Below, piece after piece: positions 1 through 9,837 of a stretch of 64,000 nucleotides of DNA. The notes below the pieces were generated by a model, which was not told where the DNA came from, ran no database searches, and saw only the letters and a program-made list of their open reading frames with translations. The first letter of the stretch is position 1. Each line of letters opens with the position of its first letter. The DNA comes from Candidatus Bipolaricaulota bacterium (GTDB lineage: Bacteria; Bipolaricaulota; Bipolaricaulia; M55B111). The translations under genes were made by a program, and so were the position numbers. The DNA lies in contig JAGXKX010000001.1 in NCBI GenBank assembly GCA_018335015.1, positions 54,028 through 118,027 on the forward strand, in the 5' to 3' direction.

Positions 1-888
1 AAATTCAGCGAGATAACTGAACTGGTTAAGGAATCAAGCTACTGGGCCAAACAACAGGACGAAAATTACGTGGACGAGGACCACGTCAAGAAGGCAATGG
101 AGGAAAAGATAGAAAGAAGGAGCCTCATCAAAGACAAGATACACGAGTACATTGACCGAGGAAAAATCTTCATCGACACGAAGGGAAAGGAAGTCGGCCA
201 AATCACTGGCTTATCAGTGCTTAGTACCGGAGACTTCAGCTTTGGAAAGCCGGCTCGGATCACCGCAAGTGTATATGCGGGAAAAGAAGGGGTCGTAAAT
301 ATCGACCGGGAAGCTGACCTCTCAGGAAGCAGCCATACAAAAGGCGTAATGATACTAAAGGGATACCTGGGGAAGAAGTTCGCTTACGACAAGCCCCTGT
401 CGCTGACGGCAAATATCGCGTTCGAGCAAAGTTACTCAAAAGTAGACGGGGATAGCGCATCCAGCACGGAACTTTACGCTATAATTTCCAGCCTGGCCGA
501 TGTAGAAATCAACCAGGGAATAGCGGTTACCGGTTCCGTTAATCAGAAGGGTGAGATTCAACCTATAGGCGGGGCCAAGGAAAAGGTAGAGGGGTTTTAC
601 GAGGTATGCAAGGCTCAGGGCCTAACCGGCGATCAGGGAGTTATCCTTCCCGAAAAAAACGTCGACAACCTGATGCTGAACGACGAAGTTATAGACTCCG
701 TGGACTCCGGTGACTTCCATATTTACCCGGCAGAAACCGTTAGCGAAGGCCTTGAGATTTTAACCGGTATGGATGCAGGAGCCGAACTCAAAGACGGAGG
801 GTACGAAGAAGGAACAATATTTGCCAGAGCTGACGAAAAGATCAGGGAAATATACGACACGCTGCAGAACAACGAAGACGAAGAATAG
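1..888 (+). CDS. lon: Lon protease (LonB-type) C-terminal proteolytic domain; 5'-truncated by the window edge
   Basis: The reading frame is open from nt 1, the track ORF 70..888 continues upstream without a stop, and the gene ends at TAG 886-888. The translated protein has LonB-type protease motifs (KGVMILKGYLG, DGDSASSTELYAIISSL, VTGSVNQKGEIQPIGGAKEKVEGF). Confidence 0.85.
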   Translation, partial: KFSEITELVKESSYWAKQQDENYVDEDHVKKAMEEKIERRSLIKDKIHEYIDRGKIFIDTKGKEVGQITGLSVLSTGDFSFGKPARITASVYAGKEGVVNIDREADLSGSSHTKGVMILKGYLGKKFAYDKPLSLTANIAFEQSYSKVDGDSASSTELYAIISSLADVEINQGIAVTGSVNQKGEIQPIGGAKEKVEGFYEVCKAQGLTGDQGVILPEKNVDNLMLNDEVIDSVDSGDFHIYPAETVSEGLEILTGMDAGAELKDGGYEEGTIFARADEKIREIYDTLQNNEDEE

Positions 889-906
889 GTAAAAAAATAA
901 ACTAGT

Positions 907-944
907 AAAACCCTTCACCGTTTGGTGAGGGGTTTTTGTTTTTT
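907..944. terminator. hairpin plus T-tract between convergent lon and the downstream minus-strand gene (bidirectional terminator candidate)
   Basis: The stem aaaacccttcacc/ggtgaggggtttt encloses a gtttg loop and is followed by tgtttttt. Confidence 0.55.
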
Positions 945-2040
945 AACCTTCCATTTCTTGTATAGCTTTCCACAAGGACTCGTAATTGGAGGACGGGTTC
1001 CAGACCAGAAAACCCGTTCCCTTGTGCGACTCCAGCGCCTTTAGCTCCTCCTGAATATAGGAAACTAAATCCATGCCCTGGGGTATAGCCCTTTCGAACC
1101 CCTGAATGAATGGCCGTATTTCCGTGGACAAACGCTCTTTCCCTGTCTTTAAAGAGATATCAACTAATTTATTCGGATTGTACACCAGGTCAGGATTATT
1201 GTAATGAGAAGGATAGATCATCGGTGAGAGGACGTCCAGTGTATCCTCCAGGTAGTCGAGATTCTGGCCTATCGGGTCAGTATTCTTGCTGTTCCAGTTC
1301 CAAATTGTCCGCCCGTAGACGTCCGCGGACAGCCTGACCTGAGGGTCTATAGCCCTCTTAACACGCTTGACGAACTCCGAGATTACCTCGCTTCTGGCAC
1401 GATAGTCACCACCTATTTTCCCCGGGCCGTCAGGATAGCGAATGTAGTCAAGCTGAATCTCGTCAAACCCCAAGGTTGAAACCTCCCGCGCAAGTCGTAC
1501 GTTGTACTCCTGTGCTAGTTTGTCCTCCGGGTTAGCCCATTCACCCCCACCACAGCACCTGGCCGCCATCAAACGGTCCTTAAAACAGGTCAACCGGGCA
1601 ATTACGTATATCCCTTCCCGGTGTAACTGTGATATAATATTCTTAATGTCCAGCCGACCAGTTGTCGCCCCGATCTCGTGCGCCAGCTCTACCTCCGAAG
1701 GGTAAGTTACTTCCCCGTGGACGTTCTTGACATCTATTACTGCAGCATTAAAACCGTGGGCATTTAGAGTCTCCGCCCAATCTCCGGCGCTTTCTCCCGA
1801 GATCGACCGGGAATGAAGGTAAACTCCTTTAACTACTCTTGTTTCCCCCTGCGTTTCGTGACCGATAGGCGTGGTAATATTTACGAAAGTCCTCTGGCCC
1901 ACGTTCACAGGGGTGAGCACAAGTAACATAGTAATTACAGAAAAGACAACAATTGATTTGACCGCTATAATTACTTTAACGGAGTCAAGTTTAGGCATTT
2001 TCTTGAAACAAATGGTGGTTCGTTTACTTGATAACCGCAA
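943..2040 (-). CDS. putative exported or membrane-anchored glycoside-hydrolase-like TIM-barrel protein (DUF4015/GHL-type)
   Basis: It is a 365-aa ORF with an N-terminal hydrophobic segment. Motifs GFDEIQLDYIRYPDGPG and LSADVYGR are typical of this family. The true start may be Met15 (MPKLD...). Confidence 0.5.
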   Translation of the reverse strand: MRLSSKRTTICFKKMPKLDSVKVIIAVKSIVVFSVITMLLVLTPVNVGQRTFVNITTPIGHETQGETRVVKGVYLHSRSISGESAGDWAETLNAHGFNAAVIDVKNVHGEVTYPSEVELAHEIGATTGRLDIKNIISQLHREGIYVIARLTCFKDRLMAARCCGGGEWANPEDKLAQEYNVRLAREVSTLGFDEIQLDYIRYPDGPGKIGGDYRARSEVISEFVKRVKRAIDPQVRLSADVYGRTIWNWNSKNTDPIGQNLDYLEDTLDVLSPMIYPSHYNNPDLVYNPNKLVDISLKTGKERLSTEIRPFIQGFERAIPQGMDLVSYIQEELKALESHKGTGFLVWNPSSNYESLWKAIQEMEG

Positions 2041-2182
2041 GGAAAGCCGTCACCAGACCAACTAAAATCCGTCTCCACTTTTCCACAGTAATTTACCTCC
2101 CTTTAGCACCCAAGCTTCGACACCTCGTATCGGGGTTTAATATATCCGAAGATAAGTTATATTTAGGAAAAGGAGGTACGAT

Positions 2183-2797
2183 ATGAAGAACGGAGATCTG
2201 GCCGATCTCGTAAGTTTTATCTTTGAACTGGGACAGTTAAAGCGGACCCCCCGATCGGGTTGGCTCAAACTTGGGGTGGATAACCCCGAATCAGTGGCCG
2301 ATCACTCGTTTCGAACAGCGGCCATCGGTTTTCTGCTCGGAAAGCTTGAAGGGGAGAATCCCTACGAAGTAGCCGGTTACTGTCTGTTCCACGACGTGGC
2401 GGAAACGAGGACTATGGATCTGGACTGGCTTGCTCAGAACTACCTGGAGAAGGAAGATTCTATCTCGTCGGACGTTATAGCAGTGCAAATAGACGGTCTA
2501 CCGGCCGAGCTTAAGTCAGGTATGTCAGAACTCTTGATCCGGTCCTCACAGTCGGACAGGTTGGTAAGCATCGCCCGGGACGCGGATCTACTTGACCTTA
2601 TCTTCCAGGCGCTCGAACTAACTTACCATGGTAAACCGCTGGCACGAAAATGGTTCGAGAATACGGTACCCGCTCTCAAGACGGAATCCGGCAAACTAAT
2701 CGGAGAGTATCTCATAGAAAGAGAACAGGAGAATGACCTGGAACAACTGGTTACCTGGTGGGAAAGGGACGGTCCTAACCGAGTTCAAGATAGCTAG
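2183..2797 (+). CDS. HD-domain phosphohydrolase (YfbR-like 5'-deoxynucleotidase family)
   Basis: The RBS ggaaaaggaggt lies 6 nt upstream of the ATG. The protein carries the HD signature (HSFRTAA ... LFHDVAETRTMDLD). Confidence 0.6.
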   Translation: MKNGDLADLVSFIFELGQLKRTPRSGWLKLGVDNPESVADHSFRTAAIGFLLGKLEGENPYEVAGYCLFHDVAETRTMDLDWLAQNYLEKEDSISSDVIAVQIDGLPAELKSGMSELLIRSSQSDRLVSIARDADLLDLIFQALELTYHGKPLARKWFENTVPALKTESGKLIGEYLIEREQENDLEQLVTWWERDGPNRVQDS

Positions 2798-4001
2798 TCA
2801 GGCTTTCGATGAATCGCCCTATTTTATTTTCCTGTTCCTCCGTTAGTTCACCCTTATTTTCCAGTTCCTGGACCTCTTCGAGATTCTCGACGACCCTGGC
2901 AGGTAGAGCTGAGGGAAGACTAAGATTATCCCCGTTTTCAGTTAACAGGAAATCCCCCACCCTTCTTAAGTCTTCACCCTTAACTGAGTATTGATCGCTA
3001 TCAAACTTCAGTGATAAATTAGAAACCAGCAAACCGGCGTAAAAGTGCCATAGTTTCTCGGGGCCAAAGCTGTCCTGGACCCAGCTCAGGGTTGGGAATC
3101 CAATCAGGTAATCGATTGGCCGATCAAAATTTAGATACTCTATTTCGACACTTCTGTCCTTAATCCTCAATTCGTCAATATTCCCTATCATTCCACCACC
3201 GAGAGCGATCTCCTTAGAAACGTTAAGCGGGCTTGAGAACCGTGATTCGTTCACAGGGTTCCCGTTTTGGCATAGCTGGACCCTCTCGCCATCCCAAATC
3301 AACGAGACGTGGGTCCAGTAATTTGGAGGAATTTCCCGGCCTTTAAGAATTCGGTCTCCCGACGAGTTCTCCAGTATCGGTATACTGTCCTTCAACCCGA
3401 GCTTCCAGTTACCCGACTTTACTATTTTGCCTCTCGACCCTTCCCGGAACCGGACCCAGAACTCCAGAGTAAAACCCTCAGCCAGAGGAGTGTCTAACTT
3501 CTCCCCTACACTTATAACGGCACTATCCTCTTCAAGAGCGAACTTTAGAAATCTAAACCCCAACCTGCTGGAATCGGATCCCTCATCCTTGTTCCCCTTA
3601 ACCAGTATTTCCTCGTCTTTTTCCGCCCCCGCTAGATTTACCGTCGAATCATCCTGAGCAAAATTCCAGTAGCCAAACTGGTATGTCCATACGTCTTCAG
3701 TCTTCGCTCTTTCCAGCTTAGCTAAAAGGGGGGGTATTCTGTTAGCGAGAAAGGACGGAGAATTTATATCTTCAAACGCTTTTTCCAGAGAAGTCAGCGA
3801 TGAATTGAGCCCGCCATCTTTGGCGTAAGAAGGTCCGTTGAGTACCATTAACTGCCAGTTCAACAGCACTTCGGCGAGTGCTTTGCCCAGTCTGGCTTCT
3901 TCCGAGGACTCGGCTTCCAGCTCAACCGAAAAAACAAAAAATCCGACCAGTAATATACTCAACAAAATAACAACCGACCCGCGCAACACATCCACTCTCA
4001 T
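2775..4001 (-). CDS. exported LamG/concanavalin-like domain protein, hypothetical
   Basis: The track ORF is 2775..4040. I moved the start to Met14 (MRVDVL...), which leaves a 4-nt overlap with the upstream gene. It has an N-terminal TM or signal segment and a lectin-like beta-sandwich region (FTLEFWVRF ... THVSLIWDGERVQL). Confidence 0.45.
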   Translation of the reverse strand: MRVDVLRGSVVILLSILLVGFFVFSVELEAESSEEARLGKALAEVLLNWQLMVLNGPSYAKDGGLNSSLTSLEKAFEDINSPSFLANRIPPLLAKLERAKTEDVWTYQFGYWNFAQDDSTVNLAGAEKDEEILVKGNKDEGSDSSRLGFRFLKFALEEDSAVISVGEKLDTPLAEGFTLEFWVRFREGSRGKIVKSGNWKLGLKDSIPILENSSGDRILKGREIPPNYWTHVSLIWDGERVQLCQNGNPVNESRFSSPLNVSKEIALGGGMIGNIDELRIKDRSVEIEYLNFDRPIDYLIGFPTLSWVQDSFGPEKLWHFYAGLLVSNLSLKFDSDQYSVKGEDLRRVGDFLLTENGDNLSLPSALPARVVENLEEVQELENKGELTEEQENKIGRFIESLTSYLELG

Positions 4002-4876
4002 GTAGTACCTCCATTTCCTGTTTCTAATTCTCGTTTGCAAGTTTTACCGTTAAACCTAAAATTCCACGCGGGAGAAGAGTACTTGGCTCTGGCCAGGTAT
4101 GACGCAACCTCCCATTCTTCGGTAGTTATATGTCCCTCAACCGGACGCCGACCCAGGGCATCAGCTATTTTTCGGGTCATGTCTTGCACCAGTTCCGGGG
4201 TCCTAACTCTTCCCTTCACCAGGCTATCCAGGTTAGAAACCGGATCCGGTTTCGACGAAACCCGGGTTACAGCTTCGCCGTAGTTGTCGTGCCCGGCACG
4301 AAGGAATGAAGCCATCTCTTTAATGATATCATCACCATGGACCAACAGCGTTCCGTGGTGCAATAGACCCTCCCTGCGGGATTGGGCCGTGCCCCCGATT
4401 TTCGTCGATCCCACGAACAAACCGTTGGAAAGCACCCTGGTATCGAGGCCAAATTCGGAAACGGCAGATGAGACGGGCTTCGTCATTTCTATAGATTCCT
4501 TTTCCACGCTGGTCAACGGGGCTTCAGGTAGATAGATAGAATAGTTCAAGCTGCTCGGATGGTGAAGCACCGCCCCACCACCGGTGGGTCGCCTAATCAC
4601 CGGAATTTCAGCCGCTCTGCAATTTGGAATATCTATCTCTACCTCGGCTTCCTGCGACCTTCCAATAATCGCCGAATGACCGTTCCGCCAGAACCTGATG
4701 GTCGGGATAGAATTGCCTCCGGAGACGGCCTCCACGATCGCCTCCTCCAGACCTATGTTCATCGCGGGATCCCTGAGTTCCAGGTCTTTAATTACTCTTA
4801 CTCGATCTTCGAGAGCAGGGCCGTTATTGACTTTATTTGTTTTTGAGTTCATATATTGAGGGTAATTGACTTTCAA
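3998..4876 (-). CDS. lplA: lipoate-protein ligase A family catalytic domain (LplA-N/LipM-like); no LplA C-terminal domain
   Basis: BPL/LplA/LipB fold motifs are present (NIGLEEAIVEA, FWRNGHSAIIGRSQEAEVEID, RRPTGGGAVLH). The protein is 292 aa. Confidence 0.7.
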   Translation of the reverse strand: MKVNYPQYMNSKTNKVNNGPALEDRVRVIKDLELRDPAMNIGLEEAIVEAVSGGNSIPTIRFWRNGHSAIIGRSQEAEVEIDIPNCRAAEIPVIRRPTGGGAVLHHPSSLNYSIYLPEAPLTSVEKESIEMTKPVSSAVSEFGLDTRVLSNGLFVGSTKIGGTAQSRREGLLHHGTLLVHGDDIIKEMASFLRAGHDNYGEAVTRVSSKPDPVSNLDSLVKGRVRTPELVQDMTRKIADALGRRPVEGHITTEEWEVASYLARAKYSSPAWNFRFNGKTCKRELETGNGGTT

Positions 4877-4897
4877 AATTAGTAAACCATCGCCCGG

Positions 4898-5785
4898 TTA
4901 AAGTTCCGCTTCCCGGCACTCCGCCTGAAGGTAAGTTTCTTTCGCCCTGTACGAACTCCTGACAAACGGTCCGGCAACTACGCTCGAAAATCCCATTCTT
5001 TCGCCCCTCCGCTTTACCTCTTCGAAGTCAGAAGAATCCCAGTACTCCTCGACGGGAAGTTGATCTGGCGTAGGCCTGAGGTACTGGCCGACTGTAACGA
5101 TATCCACCCCAACACTCCGGAGGTCCTCCATTGCTTCCCTCACCTCTCCCCGGCTTTCTCCCAGCCCCACCATTATCGAGGATTTGGTAACGAGGTTCGC
5201 GTCGACTTGGTTGATTCTTTCAAGAACCGAGAGAGATAACCGGTAACCGGCCCGGCGATCCCTTACTTTTGGACTTAACCGTTCCACTGTCTCGATATTG
5301 TGGCCGATTACATCGAGTCCGCTCCTGGCCACTAGTTCGAGTGACTCGTGGTCACCCGAAAAATCAGGTATCAACCCTTCCACCAATGGAGGTTCAGATA
5401 GTTTTTTTATCTTTTCGACGACTCTCCTGAAGTGTTCCGCGCCCCCGTCGGCCAGGTCGTCTCGATCCACGGAGGTTAAAACCACGTAGTCAAGTTCGAA
5501 CTCTTCGACTGCCCTTTTCAATCGTTCCGGTTCGGTTTCATCCAGTGCCCTTTCGGGGTCCCCTGTCTTTACGTCGCAGAAACGACAGTTCCTTGTGCAC
5601 AGGCTCCCCATTAGCATAAAGGTTGCCGTTCCTTGCCCCCAGCATTTCCCCTGATTGGGACAGTTAGCCTCCCGGCAAACTGTGTTTAGCCCGAGCTCTT
5701 TCAGCTTATTCCCCACCTTGACTTTGCTTTCCTGTCCCGGTGCACTGGCTTGTATCCAATCCGGCCTGACGTTCATACTTATCAC
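4898..5785 (-). CDS. lipA: lipoyl synthase (radical SAM)
   Basis: It has the CxxxCxxC radical SAM motif (CTRNCRFC) and an N-terminal Cys cluster (CREANCPNQGKCW). It overlaps lipB by 4 nt. Confidence 0.9.
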   Translation of the reverse strand: MISMNVRPDWIQASAPGQESKVKVGNKLKELGLNTVCREANCPNQGKCWGQGTATFMLMGSLCTRNCRFCDVKTGDPERALDETEPERLKRAVEEFELDYVVLTSVDRDDLADGGAEHFRRVVEKIKKLSEPPLVEGLIPDFSGDHESLELVARSGLDVIGHNIETVERLSPKVRDRRAGYRLSLSVLERINQVDANLVTKSSIMVGLGESRGEVREAMEDLRSVGVDIVTVGQYLRPTPDQLPVEEYWDSSDFEEVKRRGERMGFSSVVAGPFVRSSYRAKETYLQAECREAEL

Positions 5786-6453
5786 CCACGAGAGAACTCG
5801 CTAGAAAATTTTACCAATAGAAGTCTTTTAACTTCATCAAGTTCTACATCCTCTACAAAATCTGTGATGGACACAAGTTCGGCTCCGGCTATCCCACAGG
5901 GTCTTATCGTCCTTGCATTCTCTTGATCCAGAGAGACGTTAAGTGCCAGACCGTGCATCGTATACCATTTTTTTACCCTCAGTCCCAGGGATCCAAGCTT
6001 TTTGGTCCCCTCACCCCTAACCCAGAGCCCGATCTCGTCGCCCTCCCGGTAATCGGCTTTCAGCCCAAAATTTTCGACAACATTTTTAGCTACTAACCCC
6101 AATCTTCGAACAAAATCGCTCAGATCCTTACCGTACTGTCTCAGATCAAATATTGGATAGAGGACAAGCTGTCCCGGCCCGTGGTATGTTATTCCTCCGC
6201 CCCGATCGACCTCGACGTAATCAATCCCCCGTTCAGCTAGAATTTCCTTACTCGCGAGCAAGTCCTTTTTACGGCCTGATTTTCCCATAGTAACAACCGG
6301 TTCGTGCCTTGTAATAAGTAATGTATCCTCGCCACTACCCTTCAGCCGATCGGTAAAAAGTTCCTTCTGGAGTTCGTAATTTTCCCTGTACCGGGTTAAG
6401 CCGCAGTCAATTACCTTATAACTATTTCCGGAAAGGTCAAGTTTTTTCACCAA
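5782..6453 (-). CDS. lipB: octanoyltransferase LipB
   Basis: LipB motifs are present (ITRHEPVVTMGKSG, RGGGITYHGPGQLVLYPI). It is the first gene of a lipB-lipA-lplA minus-strand cluster. Confidence 0.85.
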   Translation of the reverse strand: MVKKLDLSGNSYKVIDCGLTRYRENYELQKELFTDRLKGSGEDTLLITRHEPVVTMGKSGRKKDLLASKEILAERGIDYVEVDRGGGITYHGPGQLVLYPIFDLRQYGKDLSDFVRRLGLVAKNVVENFGLKADYREGDEIGLWVRGEGTKKLGSLGLRVKKWYTMHGLALNVSLDQENARTIRPCGIAGAELVSITDFVEDVELDEVKRLLLVKFSSEFSRG

Positions 6454-6514
6454 AATTCACCGACTAAGCCTCGAACCCTGGAAAGGTTTATGAATTTTAT
6501 CCTCCTGAATCGAT

Positions 6515-7741
6515 TTAAAACTGGTCTATCGTTTCCAGGGCGTAATCAAGGTCTTCCCTGGTGTGGTCAGCGGATATCTGGAATCTTATGGATTCGTCAC
6601 CCTGGGGAACGACGGGGTATACGATAGCAGTAGCGAGTATTTTGTTTTCCTTTAGATACTTCACGAGTCTCTTTGTCTCCTTCGTATCCCCGATCATCAA
6701 GGGCACGACCGGATGAGGACCTTCGATCACCTCGTGACCTATATTCTTTAGCCCCTCTTCAAAATAATTCGTCATCTCACTCAGGTGAGACAGCTTTGAC
6801 CTGCCCCGATCACTATCCAGTATCTCCAGCGATTTTATTGCAGCGCTGGCTTCGGGAGCGGTTATCGGGTTGGAATAAATGTAGAATGGGGACGTCTCTC
6901 TCAGATATCGTGTAATTGCCTTTCTCGTAACTACGTACCCTCCGTTGACTCCCAATGCTTTGCCCATAGTGGAGACAATTAGGTCTATTCCGTCTTCACC
7001 CGTTACCTCGGTAGTTCCCCTCCCTGTTTCCCCGTAAGCCCCAACGCCGTGGGAATCGTCCATTACCGTAAATACGCCGTCTTCAAATTCCGAATCGTAT
7101 TTTCTGGCCAGCCCGGCGAGTTTAGGCAGGTCGGGATAATCCCCTCTCATGCTGAATACTCCATCCGTAACCACGATCACCCTTTCGTAATTTCCCACTG
7201 CATCCTGAAGCTTTTCCTCCAGGCTATCCATGTCGAGATGGGAGTAAATATCTTTTCCCTTGGGCTTCGCCATTCTTATGCCATTGATTATACAGTTGTG
7301 ATTCAGTTCGTCGGAAAGAATCAGCGTCTCGCCTGACGTCAACGGACGGAAGATCCCCGTCATCGTCGCGTACGCAGAGGAATAAATAACACAGGATTCT
7401 TTATCGTGAAAATCGGCCAGCTTCTCTTCCAGTTCCACGTGTGGTTTGTAGGTTCCGTGAATAAACCGGACAGCCCCGGGGCCCGAGCCGTACCTTTCGG
7501 AACTCTCCTCTTCAGCCTGAACTACTTCCTCGTTCAGATGCAACCCAAGATACGAATTGGAATTCATCTTCAGAAACGCTCCATCCTCCCCCTCGATCCT
7601 GTATCGCGGAGCATTCCCGTCGGAAGATTTCTCGATTCCCGTAATTACCAGTTCCTCCCCCTTTAACCTGCCCTCTTCTTCTAGTTCGTTCAAATTCTTC
7701 TTTACCTTCTCTTCCAGCTTATCAAGCGGCATATACCTCAC
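6515..7741 (-). CDS. kbl: 2-amino-3-ketobutyrate CoA ligase / glycine C-acetyltransferase (class II PLP aminotransferase)
   Basis: The PLP-lysine region STMGKALG and the overall Kbl/BioF-like fold are present. It is paired divergently with tdh. Confidence 0.8.
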   Translation of the reverse strand: MRYMPLDKLEEKVKKNLNELEEEGRLKGEELVITGIEKSSDGNAPRYRIEGEDGAFLKMNSNSYLGLHLNEEVVQAEEESSERYGSGPGAVRFIHGTYKPHVELEEKLADFHDKESCVIYSSAYATMTGIFRPLTSGETLILSDELNHNCIINGIRMAKPKGKDIYSHLDMDSLEEKLQDAVGNYERVIVVTDGVFSMRGDYPDLPKLAGLARKYDSEFEDGVFTVMDDSHGVGAYGETGRGTTEVTGEDGIDLIVSTMGKALGVNGGYVVTRKAITRYLRETSPFYIYSNPITAPEASAAIKSLEILDSDRGRSKLSHLSEMTNYFEEGLKNIGHEVIEGPHPVVPLMIGDTKETKRLVKYLKENKILATAIVYPVVPQGDESIRFQISADHTREDLDYALETIDQF

Positions 7742-7829
7742 CTCAGGTTTGTTTGCTTTGCCAAAAGGATACCGAAGCAGGGTATAGGGGTCAAATTGTA
7801 AAGGGCGGGCGGCAGAGCTGAATTGGTAG

Positions 7830-7858
7830 TTGCCTGCCAGTTTTTTTGTTTCTATAAT
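7830..7858 (+). promoter_or_regulatory. sigma70-like promoter for tdh (-35 TTGCCT, 17-nt spacer, -10 TATAAT)
   Basis: TTGCCT is at 7830-7835, a perfect TATAAT is at 7853-7858, and SD GGAGGG is at 7875-7880 upstream of the ATG at 7887. Confidence 0.5.
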
Positions 7859-7886
7859 TGATAAAACTTTCCTGGAGGGTTTCTAT

Positions 7887-8849
7887 ATGGAGGCGGAAAT
7901 GGACAACATTATGGTCATTGGAGCGACAGGACAGATAGGTTCAGAGCTTACGCCTGCGCTCCGAGAGAAATACGGAAACGAATCCGTCGTTGCAACTTAT
8001 CTTTCGACCGAAGAGCCGGACGATGAACTCGCCCGGGGACCGCTGGAGAAACTGGACATTTTAAACAGGGATAGAATGGCAGGACTCATCGAAAAGTACG
8101 ACATCGACTCCGTGTTTAACCTGGCAGCAATACTATCAGCAAAGGGGGAAGAATATCCGGCAAAGGCATTTAAAGTAAACGTTACGGGTTTTTTCGACCT
8201 GCTGGAGCTGGGCCGGAAGTTCAACTTAACCAGGATAATTATACCCAGCTCGATAGGCGTATTCGGTCCCGAAGTGCCAACAAAAAACGCCCCCAACGAG
8301 ACGGTTCTACGACCGACTTCTATGTACGGTGTAACAAAGGTAGCTGACGAGCTGCTCGGTAATTACTACTTCCATAAGTTCGGCCTCGACGTCCGTGGGC
8401 TCAGACTACCCGGTATAATCAGCTCGAAAACCCTCCCCGGGGGTGGAACAACTGATTACGCGGTAGAAGTATTTTATGAAGCAATTAAAGAAGAACACTA
8501 CACTTTCTTCGTCCGAGAAGACACTACACTGCCACTCATGTACATGCCCGACTGTGTAAAATCCTTGATAGACTTGGCCGAGGCGAACCTGGATGACCTG
8601 GAGCACCATTGTGATTTCAACGTATCTTCTATGAGCTTCTCTGCGGGTGAACTAGCTCACAAGATAGAGGAATACATTCCCGAATTTACGTACGACTTCC
8701 AACCGGACGAGCGGCAGGAAATTGCCGACTCATGGCCCGATTCGATGGACGACACACCTGCCAGGGAGGAATGGGGCTGGGACCCGAATTACGGTTTGGA
8801 GACCATGGTAAAAGACATGTTAGAGAAACTGGAGGCAAAGCTGCACTAA
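7887..8849 (+). CDS. tdh: L-threonine 3-dehydrogenase (NAD-dependent epimerase/dehydratase type)
   Basis: The start was moved from the track ORF start at 7830 to Met20, which has an SD and promoter upstream. The Rossmann motif VIGATGQIGSEL is present. The genomic pairing with kbl forms the threonine-to-glycine pathway. Confidence 0.75.
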   Translation: MEAEMDNIMVIGATGQIGSELTPALREKYGNESVVATYLSTEEPDDELARGPLEKLDILNRDRMAGLIEKYDIDSVFNLAAILSAKGEEYPAKAFKVNVTGFFDLLELGRKFNLTRIIIPSSIGVFGPEVPTKNAPNETVLRPTSMYGVTKVADELLGNYYFHKFGLDVRGLRLPGIISSKTLPGGGTTDYAVEVFYEAIKEEHYTFFVREDTTLPLMYMPDCVKSLIDLAEANLDDLEHHCDFNVSSMSFSAGELAHKIEEYIPEFTYDFQPDERQEIADSWPDSMDDTPAREEWGWDPNYGLETMVKDMLEKLEAKLH

Positions 8850-8850
8850 G

Positions 8851-9525
8851 ATGATTTTCGACGACCGACCGGAGGGCGCAGAATTTCGGCTATTACACAC
8901 GAGAAAAGAGGAAATTGCCAACGGTCTTTCTCACGGGCTGGGAACGGCCCTGAGCGTGGCCGGGCTAATCCTGATGATTCTTAGAACCCTACCACTCCAG
9001 GGCAGACTCCGGCTTGCCAGTGTGGTAATATTTGGCACCACGTTGATACTTGCGCACTTAGCTTCGACCCTCTATCACATAATTCCCGAGAAGAGGTACA
9101 AAAAGATCCTCCAGTTCATCGATCACGGCACAATATACTTTCTGGTTGCGGGAACCTTCACTCCTCTGCTGTTAATAACTTTGAAGACAACTCTGGGCTG
9201 GATCATGTTCTCCCTGGTCTGGGCCTTCGCTTTCGGAGGAATTGTCTTTAAAATCTTCTTTATAAACCGCTATCCCAGATTCGAGGCTAGTACTTACGTT
9301 ATCATGGGCTCGCTTTCCACTTTGATAATGAAACAGCTTTATCTGGGACTACCGTTCACCGGGTTTCTCTGGGTCCTGCTTGGTAGTTTTATTTATCTTT
9401 TGGGGTTAATTTTCCTGGGCTGGCACAGTCTTCCCTATAATCACATGATCTGGCACCTGTTCGTCATTGGTGGGAGCGTCAGTCACTTCTACGCGATTTA
9501 CTTTTACGTTCTGCCCGCCGGCTGA
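8851..9525 (+). CDS. hemolysin III / PAQR family membrane protein
   Basis: It has seven predicted TM segments and conserved HlyIII motifs (HIIPEKRYKKILQFIDHGTIYFLVAGTFTP ... HMIWHLFVIGGSVSHFYAIYFY). Confidence 0.75.
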   Translation: MIFDDRPEGAEFRLLHTRKEEIANGLSHGLGTALSVAGLILMILRTLPLQGRLRLASVVIFGTTLILAHLASTLYHIIPEKRYKKILQFIDHGTIYFLVAGTFTPLLLITLKTTLGWIMFSLVWAFAFGGIVFKIFFINRYPRFEASTYVIMGSLSTLIMKQLYLGLPFTGFLWVLLGSFIYLLGLIFLGWHSLPYNHMIWHLFVIGGSVSHFYAIYFYVLPAG

Positions 9526-9611
9526 CCGAACTTGTTTACGTCCTCCGCTGGCTCGTTTGGAATCAAAACTTAAACGTTGAAAAAGAAATGAGATGAAAAG
9601 TTTTTCCAACC

Positions 9612-9807
9612 CAACTCTTTCACCACTCCCGTAATTAATCGCTCGTTCGAAAAATCCCCCTCCCGCTTACCTGGCAACTGATTTAACTTTAAGAAATTGA
9701 ACATACCCTAAATCCCGGCAGCCAGGTAAGCGGGGAGGGGGTCCTTGAGAAAATAGAGTCATTATTTATGCATTTCGTCTAGGTTAAATACAATGGTGAA
9801 AGAATTG
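9612..9807. repeat. MITE-like element copy A (196 bp): 13-bp TIRs plus internal long hairpin
   Basis: The left TIR is CAACTCTTTCACC (9612-9624) and the right TIR is GGTGAAAGAATTG (9795-9807). The internal hairpin spans 9656-9741 (CCCCCTCCCGC-TTACCTGGC ... GCCAGGTAA-GCGGGGAGGGGG). It sits between the convergent hlyIII and rnz genes. Confidence 0.7.
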
Positions 9808-9837
9808 AGTACAACTGGAACCCAAAATTGAGAGCGA

